NCBI GenBank assembly: GCA_002633005.1
Contig: NMRA01000025.1
Location: 1,354,390-1,418,389 of the forward strand
Length of the DNA: 64,000 bases
Source: Phoronis australis
Taxonomy: Eukaryota > Animalia > Phoronida
Direction: 5' to 3'
Positions 1-14,000 of the stretch are shown one piece after another. The notes under the pieces were generated by a model. It was not told the origin of the DNA. It saw only the letters and a program-made list of their open reading frames with translations, and did not search any database. Every line of letters starts with the position of its first letter. The first letter of the stretch is position 1. The position numbers and the translations under genes were made by a program.

Positions 1-3000
1 GATTTCATTATGAATCGGGTAGAGTCCCCAGAAACCCCACCATAACNTATCTTAGGTCAGTCATTGTTTAGATTGGCCGTGATCGCGTCAGTGCCTACAA
101 TAGATTTTTGAGGCTAAGTGACACAAGCCATTCTCGGAGCTTCATTTCCACCTAATTGTCGGTCTTTTAAAAACGTTGTCAAAATAACGTCTACGTTAGA
201 CAAAAATGAGGGATAGAATAAAACCTTTAGAAATATTTTATGATGTAAAGTGACACGTCAGCATGCAAAGAAAATTAAGCACTAAGGTTTTGCATTAGAA
301 TTTTTACCAAAACGATAGTTTGGAACGTCGTGGTGAGACGCTCTTCAAACACTTTCGATATGGAGCGACCATAGCTATAATTCATTGGTCCCGAAAATTG
401 GACTTTTTCATGCAACATGTCACTGGATGTACACATCGTCTTGCTCCCGCAGTTCAGCTTTCAGGCGCAGCTGTTCAAGTTTTGTGACTGAACTTAAGAG
501 TCACACTTGATCTCAAGATCACATATGCATGAACTTTTAAATTCGTCAATTTTAAGTTCATCAAGGCAATTCGGAGTAGCAAAGAGGCTTACGAACTTTG
601 TTTACAGTACATGGTCAGATGGAACTTTTTTCGAACTACAAAAAGAATTTTTGCAATAATTTGCCTCACAATGACCCTTGGTGGAGCATGGGAGTAATTG
701 CTTGGTGAAAATAGTCGCTACAGTTGTGAGTAGACTACGTCGCAGCGACAAAGGTTGAAAAAAACGGGATACAAATTTGTATTATTTTTGAACATCTGTT
801 TTGCTGTAGCGCACTACAATTTTTACCAATACGATCGTTTGTTTAATCTCCACATTTCTTGAGTGAACTTGAAGTTATAAGTTTACTTGAGTATTCTAAA
901 TAAGTTCACGCACGAAACAATTACTTCATTGGCGGCCATTTTGCTATAGCCGTTCACATTGCTGTGATCTAGTGTGAGCGATCTCGTAACATTCACAGGA
1001 TACTGTAGAGTTACTGAACTCACCCCGATCATTTTAGTAGCATTCAACACTGGTAACTTTTTATCAAAACATTTGCCAAATACCTCAAACTTGTGCCGTT
1101 GTACAACAGATTGTAAATTTGATGTTGAGAAGTTTTTGGCCGTTTTTCAGTAGCTGTTGCTCAGTTTTTGCAAGTTCTCTCACTCGTGCCATATCATGCC
1201 AGTCCCCTGGTTTACGGCATTTCAGCTCCACATCACCATAGTGTCCCAAAAAGATGGCACGATGATCACGCAATATGTGCACGTTTTCAAGTCTAACATG
1301 ACAGGCGTATTAAGCCTTCCATTTCGCCTTGCAAACCAATATAGGGCTAATGAACCTTTAAAGGGTACGGTAATATATACCGTTGAATATTTCGTCTGAA
1401 TCACTTGAATTTACCACCAGACAACTGTGACAATTTGTCGGCATGATGGCCGCAGAGAGTTTATAAAAAAACTAGGAAATATCACACAGCACTAAAGCCA
1501 TGCAAGGATGATGCAGAACGCTGTCCGCCAACTACCTTATCGCCATCTAGTGACAAGGCGTATTTCATAACGTGGTTGTTGCTCGAAAAATGACTGAATT
1601 ATCAGATGGAACCGCGAACATCATTCGACGGGCTTCTGTAATCGTTATTCACGCGTAATAATCGAATGCGCTGTTACCGATATATACTCACCGGCTTCAA
1701 AAAGCTCAAGTATCATGGTCACGTATTATTTTGAGATCGTTTGTTTCCAGCTGAATCGGTTTGCATTGCAATTTCTTTCTTGAAGTAAGCAGAGTGAGCT
1801 ACTTCAAAAGCGCCCAATGAAAGCTTGAACTAGGAAATCTCCGGGAACAGATTTTCCTGAACCTACGTAAATTTTTTTTTCACTGTATTTTAACTAGCAA
1901 TACGTTTATACCATTGCTTTAAGATGACTGGAAACTATTATAATAGTGTTAGAACAGTCTCTCTGTAGATTCACAAAAAGCATAATTCCTTTTTATCCAG
2001 TGGACACGATATCTGACCGCCAAAAATTCACGTGAAGTCTTTATCTGGTGTTCTCCACGTTCCAGAAAGCAAACCATAAATAATTGTTCCTAGGTTAGGT
2101 AAATTCATCACATCATGCTGATAAATAAATCATCTACCCTGCCATGTCGAACAGTCGGTCCACTTGCCTATTTCGATTGCAGTTATGGTATTACAATTAC
2201 TGGTACAAAATTTCCCTAAGGTAAGAAAACAACCTCTTTGTCTCGTTCATAATGGAATTATTGGTTATTTGCATAGACTATGTAACTGGTATGCCTAGTC
2301 TATTAGACAAATTTCCCTGTTCTTCTTGAACTCAGAGCTGAGCTGTGTGTTCTTTGATTGGGCCAAAAACTATGTAGTTGGTTTTGGTCTTTGTTTTTTG
2401 ATTTTTAAAATCGACATGGTGGTGCGGTATTTTTGTTTTTAGCTGCTCAGTTTTTCAAAAACTAAAATCCACCCGAGACGAGCAAAAATGATGCGAGATT
2501 TTTTTATTCTGTCATCTCTTGGCAAATCATACGCGTTTTCGCAGCTTTTGAAAATAAAAAAACTTGACTGCAATCGATGCGCCCTGGTGTTGTTTTTTCT
2601 TTTTAGTCGGTGATCGCTGATCTCACAAAGTGAGTTGGAATACAAACCAGAACTAATTGCGCTCTTTTGATACTCTATCTTTAATGTTTCAATATTTTTA
2701 ACGTAGACGGTGACTTGTGCAATTGATTTGAAACAATTGAAATATATGAGGCCGATTTTTTGAAAGTAAAAGGCCTAATTCGGCTTTTGTGTTTTAGCCA
2801 TCTCTGATCAGGACGCCTTGTGAAAGTTTGATTTCTCTGTACTTTAATGATACAGAATTTGCATACATGCCAGCTGATATTTTTGGAAGCAAGTTGAACG
2901 CTGTCACAATACCTCAGTTTGTAAAACTCGTAGCGTACGTTCGTGTCACGTTCGAACAATCCAAAAGCTCGCCTGTCGCAATTATTCAAGAAATCTTGTG

Positions 3001-3250
3001 AAATTGGTTTGGCAAATTGCAGATAACTGTTTTGTCAGTGTATCTGGACATTGTGTTGACATCGTCAAAGTTGTATGTGTGTCTAATTAGCGCCATCCTA
3101 TGGACCAGTCCACACAAAACTTGGCAGCAAAGGCAGTGTGATCACGTGTATCGCTTGTAATGCATGGCGTTGTCTCGCAAATACTTGCTGGATCTTAATG
3201 CGTGTTCAAAAGTGACATTACCGACGAGAAAAGTGATTCTTTTGAGATCA

Positions 3251-3311
3251 GCCTCAGCTCGGATTCGAACCTGCAACCTCCTGATTTGCAGCCTGTCGGA
3301 CCTTAACCGTA
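3251..3311 (-). mobile_element. tRNA-derived SINE head relic
   Basis: The minus strand reads ..cggttaagg..ggttgcaGGTTCGAATCCgagctgaggc (B box); there is no full cloverleaf. Confidence 0.45.
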
Positions 3312-6094
3312 CTTGATGAATGACAAAATAACACTGTGGAAGAGTCATCGGCCTTGTTTCAAGCGAATGTCTGTCAATTTGTAATAAAATCTCAAAAACA
3401 CAACGGATTTTGTTGCTTTATAGCTTTGGTCAAAGACATTAGCTTCAAGGTGTCTATCCCTTTCAACAATATTCCCAAAAATGCCTTTTTAGGCCCTAAC
3501 ACCGACAATGTCCTTTAAACGCAGCACAGGTGATGATAATTATGTACTCGCAGCTTTCAAAATGCTAACAAAAGCAAAACAATGAAACTCTTTGTGTTTG
3601 TAGGGCCATAGTTAATCGTGCTTCCACACATCCTTCTTCGCGCAGTTTATAGCGGGGCCTCGAATTTCATTTACGTGAAATTAATTAACGAAATTCTATA
3701 CATTGTTTGCCAATCAGCCCGAGGCTAAAGCTCAATAATGTACACGTTGAATTTGAAGCTGAAAAAAGTCTTGCATAATTTGCTCCTGGCAACGGCGCGG
3801 TAATAGCATCGCCTTAGGGTGGCACTTAGTGAAAACAATAACGAACTCTTAAAGGACTAAACACCTGACATCGTCATGGAATTAGGCTCTTTGGGCCTTA
3901 GCCGCGAGCAAAAGAATGATCGTACGTCTGTCCACTAAAGGCAACACTCGCTTTAGACCACCATCGGGCTGAAGACTAGGAAAAGTGATCGTCTGTCTTT
4001 TCGTGTCATGAAGTCACGTGCTTGAGAGAAAGGGAAGTGACGTGGCCTTTGTGTATTGTTAGAAAGTAGGTTCAACAATCGATTTTTTTAGTGTACTGGG
4101 TTTGTGCTTAATAGTTTCGAAATTTAAATGACTTTTCTCAAGTCATAGATTCGTTTCTTCACTTTGTTGAACCAATTTTTCGTTTGTTTTATCTGATTTT
4201 TGGAGAAAGTAGAGGCCTGACTGGTTTTATTTTTCATAACTATTAATGTATGACAACTACTGAAGTGTGTGAACTTTATATTTTTAAAACATTGGATTTT
4301 GGACACATATTCAGCAAAAAGTAGAAGATAGAAAACACACCTCTGGTGTGCATTAAACACTGACACACCAACTTCATTCTCAGAATGTTAGAGCCTGTCT
4401 TAAATAGGCCATGTCTCAATAAATTGTGAATATGCGAATGAAGTACTTTTTTACAAACAACAACGGGTCTTCCATGTGTCAGAAACCATTTGAGAACCAG
4501 TTACCATTTCAATCTCTCGAAAGTCTGCTTTTGCGATACTATTTTTATGTAAATGAGTATGGTAATATTTTATCGTTATCCTAATGAAACAAGGTACAGA
4601 TTTTATTATTTGTTTATTTTACTATTGAATAACGCTTACGTACTATTTGGAATTATTAGATTTTAGATGTTAATACTTGTTTTTAATTGTACCAGTTGTG
4701 ATGTTTTCTTTAAAACCGTAATTTATTTATAAATTGTTTCTTTTCCTGATTTTACTTGTAAACGCAGTTCTCCAGCAAGTCACCAGGTGGCGCTTGATAC
4801 AAATTTGAATATTCACGGTCTTATGAGACATAGCAACTTTGACGTTTCGATGAAATGGAGACGCTCGGAAACGGGCAACTTTGGCACCAAAACTGGTGAA
4901 TACTTATTTACATATAGGTTACGTGACTTGCCAACACATGCATTGAAGGCGACACCGTCCAGGGGATCCCTAGTATATAACAAATGGTTTCGACTTTCGT
5001 TCGGTTCCCGCTCAATCCGCTGGGTCAAACATCTTTAGAATGTTGTGAAAACTACCCTATTGTGACTACACCCTTACGAATTAGCAAAGTTTGAGATATT
5101 CCATAAAGTAAGATCATGATTAAAAGTTTCCAAGACAATTAACGAGATATACGACATGTAATAAAGCAAGCCACGTGACAGCTAGCGCATGTTCCCTACC
5201 CAAGATTTTTAGAAAAGTTCTTTCCAGCATTCTAAAAGAATTGTCAAAATTTGATTAATGTCTTGCCAAAATTTGAAAACATTTGACACGGTACTAAAAC
5301 ATTAGCTTCGTCCCCTCACCGCCAGGAGGATAAATTAGCAAGAATTAATGAACACGTCTCGTATGGCTTGGGAAACCCGGCCGCGTTTGATAGTCGAAGA
5401 GTTTTCCACCGTTCCACCAATCGTTACCCGGTTTTTTTACTAATTTAATTATCGACTGGGTCTTATCCGCTCTCCATTGCTCCACCATTGCAGTTGGTTT
5501 AGTTACCACCGCGCCAGCATAGGTGGCGCTCGTTTTTTTTTGAAGCGGGCAGAAAGTGTAGGCACGATTATAAAAAATGCTGGCACGATTTTTAGAGAAT
5601 CTCTCGAGATTCATAGAAAATCTTGGAAATACTGAATTTATTGTTGTCTTGAGTTGGAAATACGGTCTTGATTTTCGTCAATTTAGCATGCCATACCCAC
5701 TGGCCTCGAGGTATAAATGAACCAATGTTTTTATGGAGTGAATTCTCAGCATGGAGTTCTTTGATGTGGAGGTTGGATCTCTTTATTACTGACTGAATCC
5801 TGGTGACTGTCTCGCAGTTGTACATCTGATGATGATGATGGGTGAAATGCATATAAACGTTGTTTATTCACAATGCACATCAGCGTCGCTTTTACTGTTT
5901 TCAATTTTTGACGGTTTTTGTTCAAGAGATGAGAAATCAAAAATAAGCCCTTGTTGTTGCTTATCCTCAAACTGAAGAAGCTTGCTCGCTCCTTTTCATT
6001 TCAACTTTAAGGCAAGTGTGTGTAATTACCCAAATATCTACAGAACTCAGTAAAAGTACATAGTATACATGCATGTATTTTACAATGTTACGTT

Positions 6095-6297
6095 TATTTG
6101 TATTAAGGCCTCTGGCCCAAAGTACAATACAAAAATAAAGTGGCACATTTGCACACTCAGTCAACCCATGTAAGAGTTGTTCTTTTCTTTAAGGGCAGAA
6201 TACACATATTTAATAACATATATATCTGAATAAGGTAGCAATCGTATACTTAATTTTTGTTTATTGTACTTTGGCCCAGAGGCCTTTAATACAAATA
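6095..6297. repeat. ~45-bp inverted repeat pair (MITE-like)
   Basis: tatttgtattaaggcctctggcccaaagtacaata is inverted at 6262-6297. Confidence 0.7.
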
Positions 6298-7084
6298 CAT
6301 GTATTTTCTGAAAATAGAATCCCTGTAACTTAGGTTTTTAACTTTTTATCAGTCTGCCATTAATCAAGGGTCGCGTGGTCATGTCTTTTTTGTAAAATTT
6401 GGCAAAAAGAGAAGATACATTGATAGCAAAACCACGGTATCAATTACATGATCAAATTTCATTTGATATACAGTGGGAATGCTAGAGATGAAGTATCCGT
6501 TGGCTTTATTCACCTTCTTGAATGAATAAAGCAAAGTATCAGAAAGTTTCATATGAATCCTATCAGCCGTTCCTGAGATACGATGTTCCAAATTAAGCCC
6601 CCATTTGGACAGTTTTCTAGGGTCCTACATAACTTTGAAACTGAAAATTGAAATCGTTGCCTTTGTCAGAACTTCTCCCGGTCCTCTGGTGAGGGTCTAT
6701 TAGAGTAGACTGATATTCTAAAATTAAATAGTATGTCAAAAATTGGTGGGTAGGTTAGGACAAGTGATTGCTCGTAATTGCTCACCAAACTTTTACACAT
6801 TTTTCTTTTCGTACAACAAGTGCGCAAGAACCCATTGCAGTGTTCTATGAAATTATTCTGCCAAATCCTTTCTCTTTGTTACATTTTCTGATGTCGAACA
6901 TGCGGTTAAACAATGGTAAACCAACTCGAGTCCGTTGCCTTAGGCGAAATGGAATTAAAATTGTCGCAGGTTGTGTTTTCAATAGAGATTTGAAGCCTAC
7001 TTCTCATTGGTTGCATACTATAAATAAAGGCATATTGTAAGGTCAGGAGGATTTAAATCGTAGACCGTCTGCGACCAATAACAG

Positions 7085-7500
7085 TTATGGTGGCAGTGAC
7101 AACGATGATGACAGCGGGTGGACGATGGAGACGGTGATTGTTATGACGAAGATTAAGATGATTATGGTGATGACGATGATGATGGCGGGTGATAGTGATG
7201 ATAGGTGATCATCACTGATAATGCCGACGATGATGATGGGTGATGGTGATGACGACCATGATGATGGGTGATGGTGATGACGAATTAGGGGATGATGGGT
7301 GTTGGTGATGACGACAATACCGATGAGTGACAACGAAGATGATGGTGATGATCCTGGAGACGATGATGTTTGGCGATGGTGATGAAGACGATGAATTAAA
7401 TAAATAGATGTGATAATTGTTATAAAATCGTCAATAATGACTACAATTATGGTAACGACAGGGCTGAAGAATGAGTTACTAAAGAGATAGTGATAGCAAC
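7085..7500. repeat. Degenerate (GAT/GAC/GGT)n simple repeat
   Basis: Trinucleotide low-complexity tract. Confidence 0.85.
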
Positions 7501-8020
7501 AGGACAACGTCATCGTGTTCTGAAATTCAAAAATTATAAAAAAACATTGCTATACAAAGGCAACGCATTGTTCACTTCGGTTTCCTCTTGTGGGGGATAA
7601 CCGAATTTTCTCTACACCACCAGTGTGCGTTAATCAAAACCAAAAATCTTTTTTGTTATCGAAACATGTCGTGAAAAAAACTTGGGTCCTGAAACGTCGG
7701 AAGTGAGTCAGAATAACTTGACATGGTTTTAATTCGGCACCCTTCGCACACAAGACGATAATATGCGCAGGTTTTGTTAGTCATTTATAGCCCGCGGGTA
7801 CTTTTACCGCTAACAGTTGATTGTGTATAATTCCGCGAACTACAAATGTCGGCTATGCACGAAAGCGCGTTCAGTTTGTTCAGCTTGGCGCTCTGGTTCG
7901 GTAGTTGGCTCACAGCCATACAAGTCTATTGTGCAATTAGTTCGATTTTGTTTTCACAGCATCTATCGCAGGGAACCAAATCCTCCATCTCGCCTATAGA
8001 ACCATTGTTTTGCAACGACG

Positions 8021-8043
8021 ATGCCCCCAGGTTTCGCTCAGAG
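8021..8043 (+). CDS. KCTD15: KCTD15-like putative first coding exon (MPPGFAQR)
   Basis: ATG 8021 is the first ATG after an in-frame stop (7997-7999). The donor AG|gtaaag at 8044 joins in frame to the acceptor at 8682 (AG+A = Arg, followed by ATG 8683). There is no homology support. Confidence 0.45.
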
Positions 8044-11000
8044 GTAAAGCTTGAGTAATTATTTTGCCGTCTCTTTTACCGAATGTTTAGGGGATATTTT
8101 TTGTCGGAACACGTGTTGAGGAGACGCGGGCGTTTCGTACTGAGGGAACTATACCCGATACAAAGAGATTGTTGTACATTTGTCCTCGAGTCGACAACAT
8201 GCCTTACTAGTGGCAACTCGATCCTTGTGCACCAGAGTGAGAAATTCGAGTTCTTCAACAGATTACAAATGAAATGGTGTCGAGTAAAACCCTTGATAAA
8301 GGAAATAGAGACAATTTCAATTCTGGGTTTTGTCATATCGTAGCTATTGTTTTGTCTGGACAGATGGCGAAGCAATTGATCTATTGATTTAATGCTCTGC
8401 AGACGTTTTCAGACACTCTGGTCAACGACACCTATTCAGACACTGTCATTTATTGACCATATTCATGTTTACGTTTCAGTAACGGTACCTTTTACTAGAC
8501 TAGAGCAAATACAATTTAAGTACGCGTTTGAAAAATTATGTTTATTTTTGTCATGGACTTCTATTTAACTCCATGTTTTTTTGCAAATTGTTACATACAA
8601 ATGTATATAGTTTTACTGTTGCTGTGCAATTGTAGAACTTGGTATGATAGATGTTTCAGCTAACCTGTCAATTTTTTTCAGAATGACTTCCCGAACGTCA
8701 CCACTGCCCGCGTCTCAGTCGCCTAGCATGTCGCCTGCTTCAGCCAACGGTCTCTCAACCAACACAAGCACGTCTGTTCAGTTGTTCGTGCGTCAACAGC
8801 TCAACGCGCCAATATCTGGGGTACCTTATCCCGCAACCCCCACACGATACACGGCCCCAGTCCATATTGATGTCGGCGGCAGCATCTACACGTCTTCGCT
8901 CGAAACGCTGACCAAGTAAGTTTAGACGTGTGGTGACATTGAAATTTTCATGTGGATGATGAACAGGTTAGGTCTGAGTGCGCGAAAGATTAAAAATTAT
9001 CACTCTCCGCAGTCGCAGGTTTGTTGGTGACTATTAGCGCAGGACGTTAGCTGAACACAACGTCAATTGACTTGTTGAGGAAAACTTCGTTATCTGCGAA
9101 CGGTATGTGGTATTTCCATGACGCTGTTGCAAATGATCCTAAACAAATAAAATCGTACGAAAATCCAGTCTTGACTCCGTGTAGGACTCAGGAGGTATTT
9201 TCTTCATGTACAAAATCGAACAGTGTACAGTGGGAAATATAAAATTATGACGCAGTGAAAATTGTACACTTAGTAGATTAAAAGTCAGTAGATGAAAGTA
9301 GGTAATGACCGTTTCTCGACTGACCCGTGGTGACCATCATCATCCACCATCAATTGACCGCCTGAGCATTCTTTTTGCTCAAATTTCCAAGAACACAAGA
9401 ACATTTTTGCTGGTAATATAGCTTCAAACTTCCCAGTGACTTGGGAAGGTCGCACATTGTTATTGGATAAAAACACGATCTTGATACTCATTAACTAGTT
9501 ATGCGCACGAGATGCTTTATGGTAGTTTTAAGAAAATCTATTCTTTCTGTAAATTTCTAATTTTAAACATTTTTGAAAGATGTTATTTTTGTAAATTTTA
9601 CATTCTCTGTGTTCATATTCATTCATTCAAGCATCTGTAATCTAAGATCAACAACTAAATTACTTATAGGAAACGGTTGACGCGATCACTCAAGACTAAT
9701 CGTTTCCTTTTCAGCAAAAGTTAGCACTTGAATCATCAGTCATTGAATTGGGGATGATATTTATGGAATTACCTAGATAATCAGACTGTTTTTGCTACAT
9801 GCCAAGTGTTATTCGGCAAACATTCATTGTTCATATTCAAGTCTTAACTCTTAGTTCAATACGGTACCGCTAAGTACAGAAGTTAGTAAACGCTTGTGTG
9901 TACCTGACAATTACAGGGTAAGATGTTGAAAACAAATCTTAATTCAGGTTTCGTAGGGATATCAAGGCCATTGCTTGATGATCCATTGCCTTCTGTTAAT
10001 TGAAATCTGGATCAGTCGTTCAACATTTCTCTTGGCAGTTCCGCCTGACCAAAGCATTTTATAAATTGCACTTCGCGTCGCTAATGGACAGCGATGGCTC
10101 ACGGCTACTAAATAATGGAAATATTTGCAGATTCGAGCACAAAACCACGACTTGCCCCAGGCTATTTGAATAATGGGGATTATTATCACCGCAGGGAATT
10201 GCGGTTATTTGCTAATGCGGACCGTAGTGACACCTTCAGGGATCGCCTCAAGGATGTTTCAATTCGCAGCAGACGTACAGAAGTACACCGGCTCCTCAGG
10301 TTCACGCGTGTTCGCTCAGATGTAGTTCATTATCAATGTTCGTAAACAAAAAAAGTTGCACAATTCTCATCTAACAGGCATTGCACTATGCTCCTATTAC
10401 TAATTAAGTGAAGTTATTCTCACAGTACACAGCTTAATTACTAGCCGCTCCACTGTACAGAGAGATAAAGTTAGATTTGTCTTGTTAGGACATATGAATA
10501 CTGTTCTTTATTTCAAGATTGTCTTATTGTAGGAATCATCCACGAGTCAGTAGACTTTTAATGAGCAAAAATTATTTTCGGTTGCAGCTAAATGTTAAAG
10601 TGATGATCTTTTGTTAAACTAAAAAAACTCTAGGAGTGACTGGTCCTAGAGTCACTGTCTTTTGATTAAACGTAGGGTCTAAGAATTTACAGACTCCGAA
10701 AGAGTTGTTCAACTACCATTGGAGCCTCTTTATCGCCGTCTTCATCGTCATCTTCATCGTCACTCTTTCCGTCATCGTTGTCTCGAATGCCTCGTCTTCA
10801 GCTAGTACTAGCTGCGCGATCATGATCGTCATTTTTCCCACAACCTATCATCAGGCAGAGATTCACGTGACTTTGAAGTGAACCTCTAGTCGTAACATAC
10901 ACTTGAGTCGATTTTGTGTAAAATTCATTTTACAGTTAAAACAGCAGAACAGTTGCTTTGAAACGACAGGTGGTCTTTCCTTGGGCTCTCGTTGAAGATG

Positions 11001-14000
11001 TGCCCCCGGGAAATGTCTGAGCAGAGCACTGGATTAGACTCCCACGGTCTAAATATCACTTTTATTTCAAGCTCCCTTTCGTTCTCTGAGTGAAGCACTT
11101 AACTGGTAAATCACGTGCATCACGTGAGCCTGTGTTTCCATCTCATGCAGTTTCCAGCCCAAAACAAAATTAAAACTTGGTCATTGGTCACAACAAATCC
11201 ATCTCGAAATGCTCCTGATTTTGATAGGACTTTCTCGGTGCTACCGCGAAAAAGGTCTGTACAAGCCAAAAATAGTTTCAGTCAGGGGCTGGCTATCCCT
11301 CTTAACATTTGTCTGTTTCATAATTCAGTAGCAAGTTCAGTATTCATCGCTTTCAATTGATTGTTTTTGAAAATGATCACGGCCAGGAAACTGGCATGTT
11401 TGATGAGCACATTTCTTTCTACACTCCACCTCAAACAGTAGTTGAAAAGGAAGCGTAGTTTCACTGCTGGAAATTTACTCACTTTCGGCTTCACTTTCGT
11501 TACGCGTTTCATCATTTATGCCCAGCGTCCCATTTGTGGGGCACTAGAAATTGTGAAAAATACTCAAAATGTGGAGAATTAAAACACTTGACCAATTTTT
11601 ATTTCAGAAGTCGCAGAATTCATTCTTTCAAAACATGAAGTATAAAATTGAATTTGGGATTGCCATTATGTTTCCTTGTGGTGAGACCGCCGAAGTGGTT
11701 GAATTAATTATTGTTGTTGTTTGGTTGGCAAAATTCATTAATGGCCTAAACCATAGAAAAGGTAACAGTTTGAAAACGAGGCCGTGCGATTGGCATGGCA
11801 TGCGCATGTATGTAATTGAGCTAGCACAGGAAATATTGGCCAGAAGTTGACCAATTAATTTGCGTACACGTACAGGGCTCCCTCTTTTGAGACCCACTTT
11901 TCTCCACTGAATAATGAACATTAAACTGGTTCTGCCTGTGTGACCTATAGATAGGGGTGCTTATGCGATAAAGCTGACATTTTTAGTGGATAAAAATTTG
12001 AATTTTCTTTCCATTTCAATACACAGTAAGTACGCATGACGTCACACAGTAATTTAGAAATTCACATTGCCTTGTTGGAGTCATTGTACGTTAAACGAAT
12101 ACTGGCCTGTTAGAAATTAGGTATACTAAGCCTTGAAACTACGAATAACCGTGTTAGATAACAGAGTGGCTTGAAACAGTCCCAATCAAAACAGGTCTCA
12201 GTCCTCAAGCATGTTCGCGTACATGGGCCTAGCTACTCAGTACACTGCCCGCAGGCCCATGTTTTAGTCTGGTTATCCCGCTGACTACATCAGATCTCGC
12301 GTGATCTTACACGCCACCTGCGGAGAACAATGCAACAGTCTTTACGGCTTCCGACTCCATTCACCATTTTACGGTTTTCGGAGTGTGAATACAATGCATT
12401 TAATTGGGCTGAGCATGATATCTCAGTTAGTCGTGTACTTAGACCATATAACGAGCCAATTTAATTTGCCGAACACTTTAAAAACGATTTTCCAGTAGCC
12501 GCTCGCAATCATTAAAATAGTTGTCTCAGTAGAAGAATTACTGTGTAAAAAAGAACGTGATTTGATTGGCCGCTCAAACATTTCGTGCTGTGCGAGTTGG
12601 TCTCTTGTTGGGTGGATTTTAAGCTGTTTTGCACTACTGTTTTGAATTGGTGTTCTTGAAAACTGAGCGCTACATCTAGTGAAAAAATCTGCGACTTCCG
12701 ACTAGGTTTGAACAAAATTTAGACCGTTCAACAGGATACACATGTCTTCCGGGATTTTCCGTAAATAAGCGTGTATTCGAAAAAGGAAAATTTTCAGGTC
12801 TTTTATTAACACCAAATAGACGCCCGGGCGTTTATTCGGAAAAGAGGAGCGTGTAAACGGAAAGTCATAGATAGTTTTGCTGAGTTTGACATTTTTATTT
12901 AAAACTGTGTTCTTTAAATTTTATGTTAATAAATGCATAGCTCGACAACACCTTGTTCGTTTTTGTAAATGATAAATGCTCACGAAACTTAATTTGTGAC
13001 AAAAAGTTGTAGCTGAGTGGGCTTTCAAGAGGAAATTTTCTGAACAACCCCCCACCCCCCACTATCTGGACACTCGACACCAGAAGTAGTAACACCCATG
13101 GTCGTTTAGTCGGGATAATTTTCCGATTAAAGACCCATGGGCGTTTCATCGGGTAGACTTATCTACGAAAATCCCGGTACGATTTCGAGCTAAGTCAAAG
13201 CAAATTTAAGACCGGTTAACACGGCAAACATATGAAGTACTTCCGAAAAAGTTGGAAAAAATTAAGACCGTTTGACACAGCAAGTATGTCCACGACTTGC
13301 GACTAAGTTTAGTTAGATCAAATCTGAGACCGTTAACACGACAAACATATCTACGACTTCCAACTAAATGAGGACAAGTTTTAGACGGTTTAACATGTCA
13401 AAAATGGTCTATGAGCTTCACCAGTCTTACAACTACGGAAAATTTTATCGATAATTTTTCTTCTGGTATCATTTTTGTAAATATCAGCATTCAGCATATC
13501 ATTTTGGAGGTAGCTATAAGTAATTTATAGACATCAGTATTTAAGTTTTCTTCATTTTTTAACTTTGACGTTTTTGAATTGTTCTATCAACCTCGGGTAT
13601 ATAAGTTAAACAGCTGCTTAACATATTTTCACACAAAAACACTTGAAACTCTGCCCACATTTCCTTTAAGCCTTAGCATAAAAAACAAGCAAGTTAAACG
13701 AGCATGTTGACGTACATTCATATAATGAGCATGTTGCCGTACATTCATATAATGAGCATGTTGACGTACATTCATATAATGAGCATGTTGCCGTACATTC
13801 ATATAATGAGCATGTTGACGTACATTCATATAATGAGCATGTTGACGTACATTCATATAATGAGCATGTTGCCGTACATTCATATAATGAGCATGTTGAC
13901 GTACATTCATATAATGAGCATGTTGCCGTACATTCATATAATGAGCATGTTGACGTACATTCATATAATGAGCATGTTGACGTACATTCATATAATGAGC

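Noticed and set aside
3251-3311. tRNA gene
   Set aside because: Only a B box/T-arm is recognisable; there is no acceptor stem or full cloverleaf.
7085-7513. His/Ile/Ser-rich ORF (also 16063-16293)
   Set aside because: It is the translation of a (GAT)n simple repeat.
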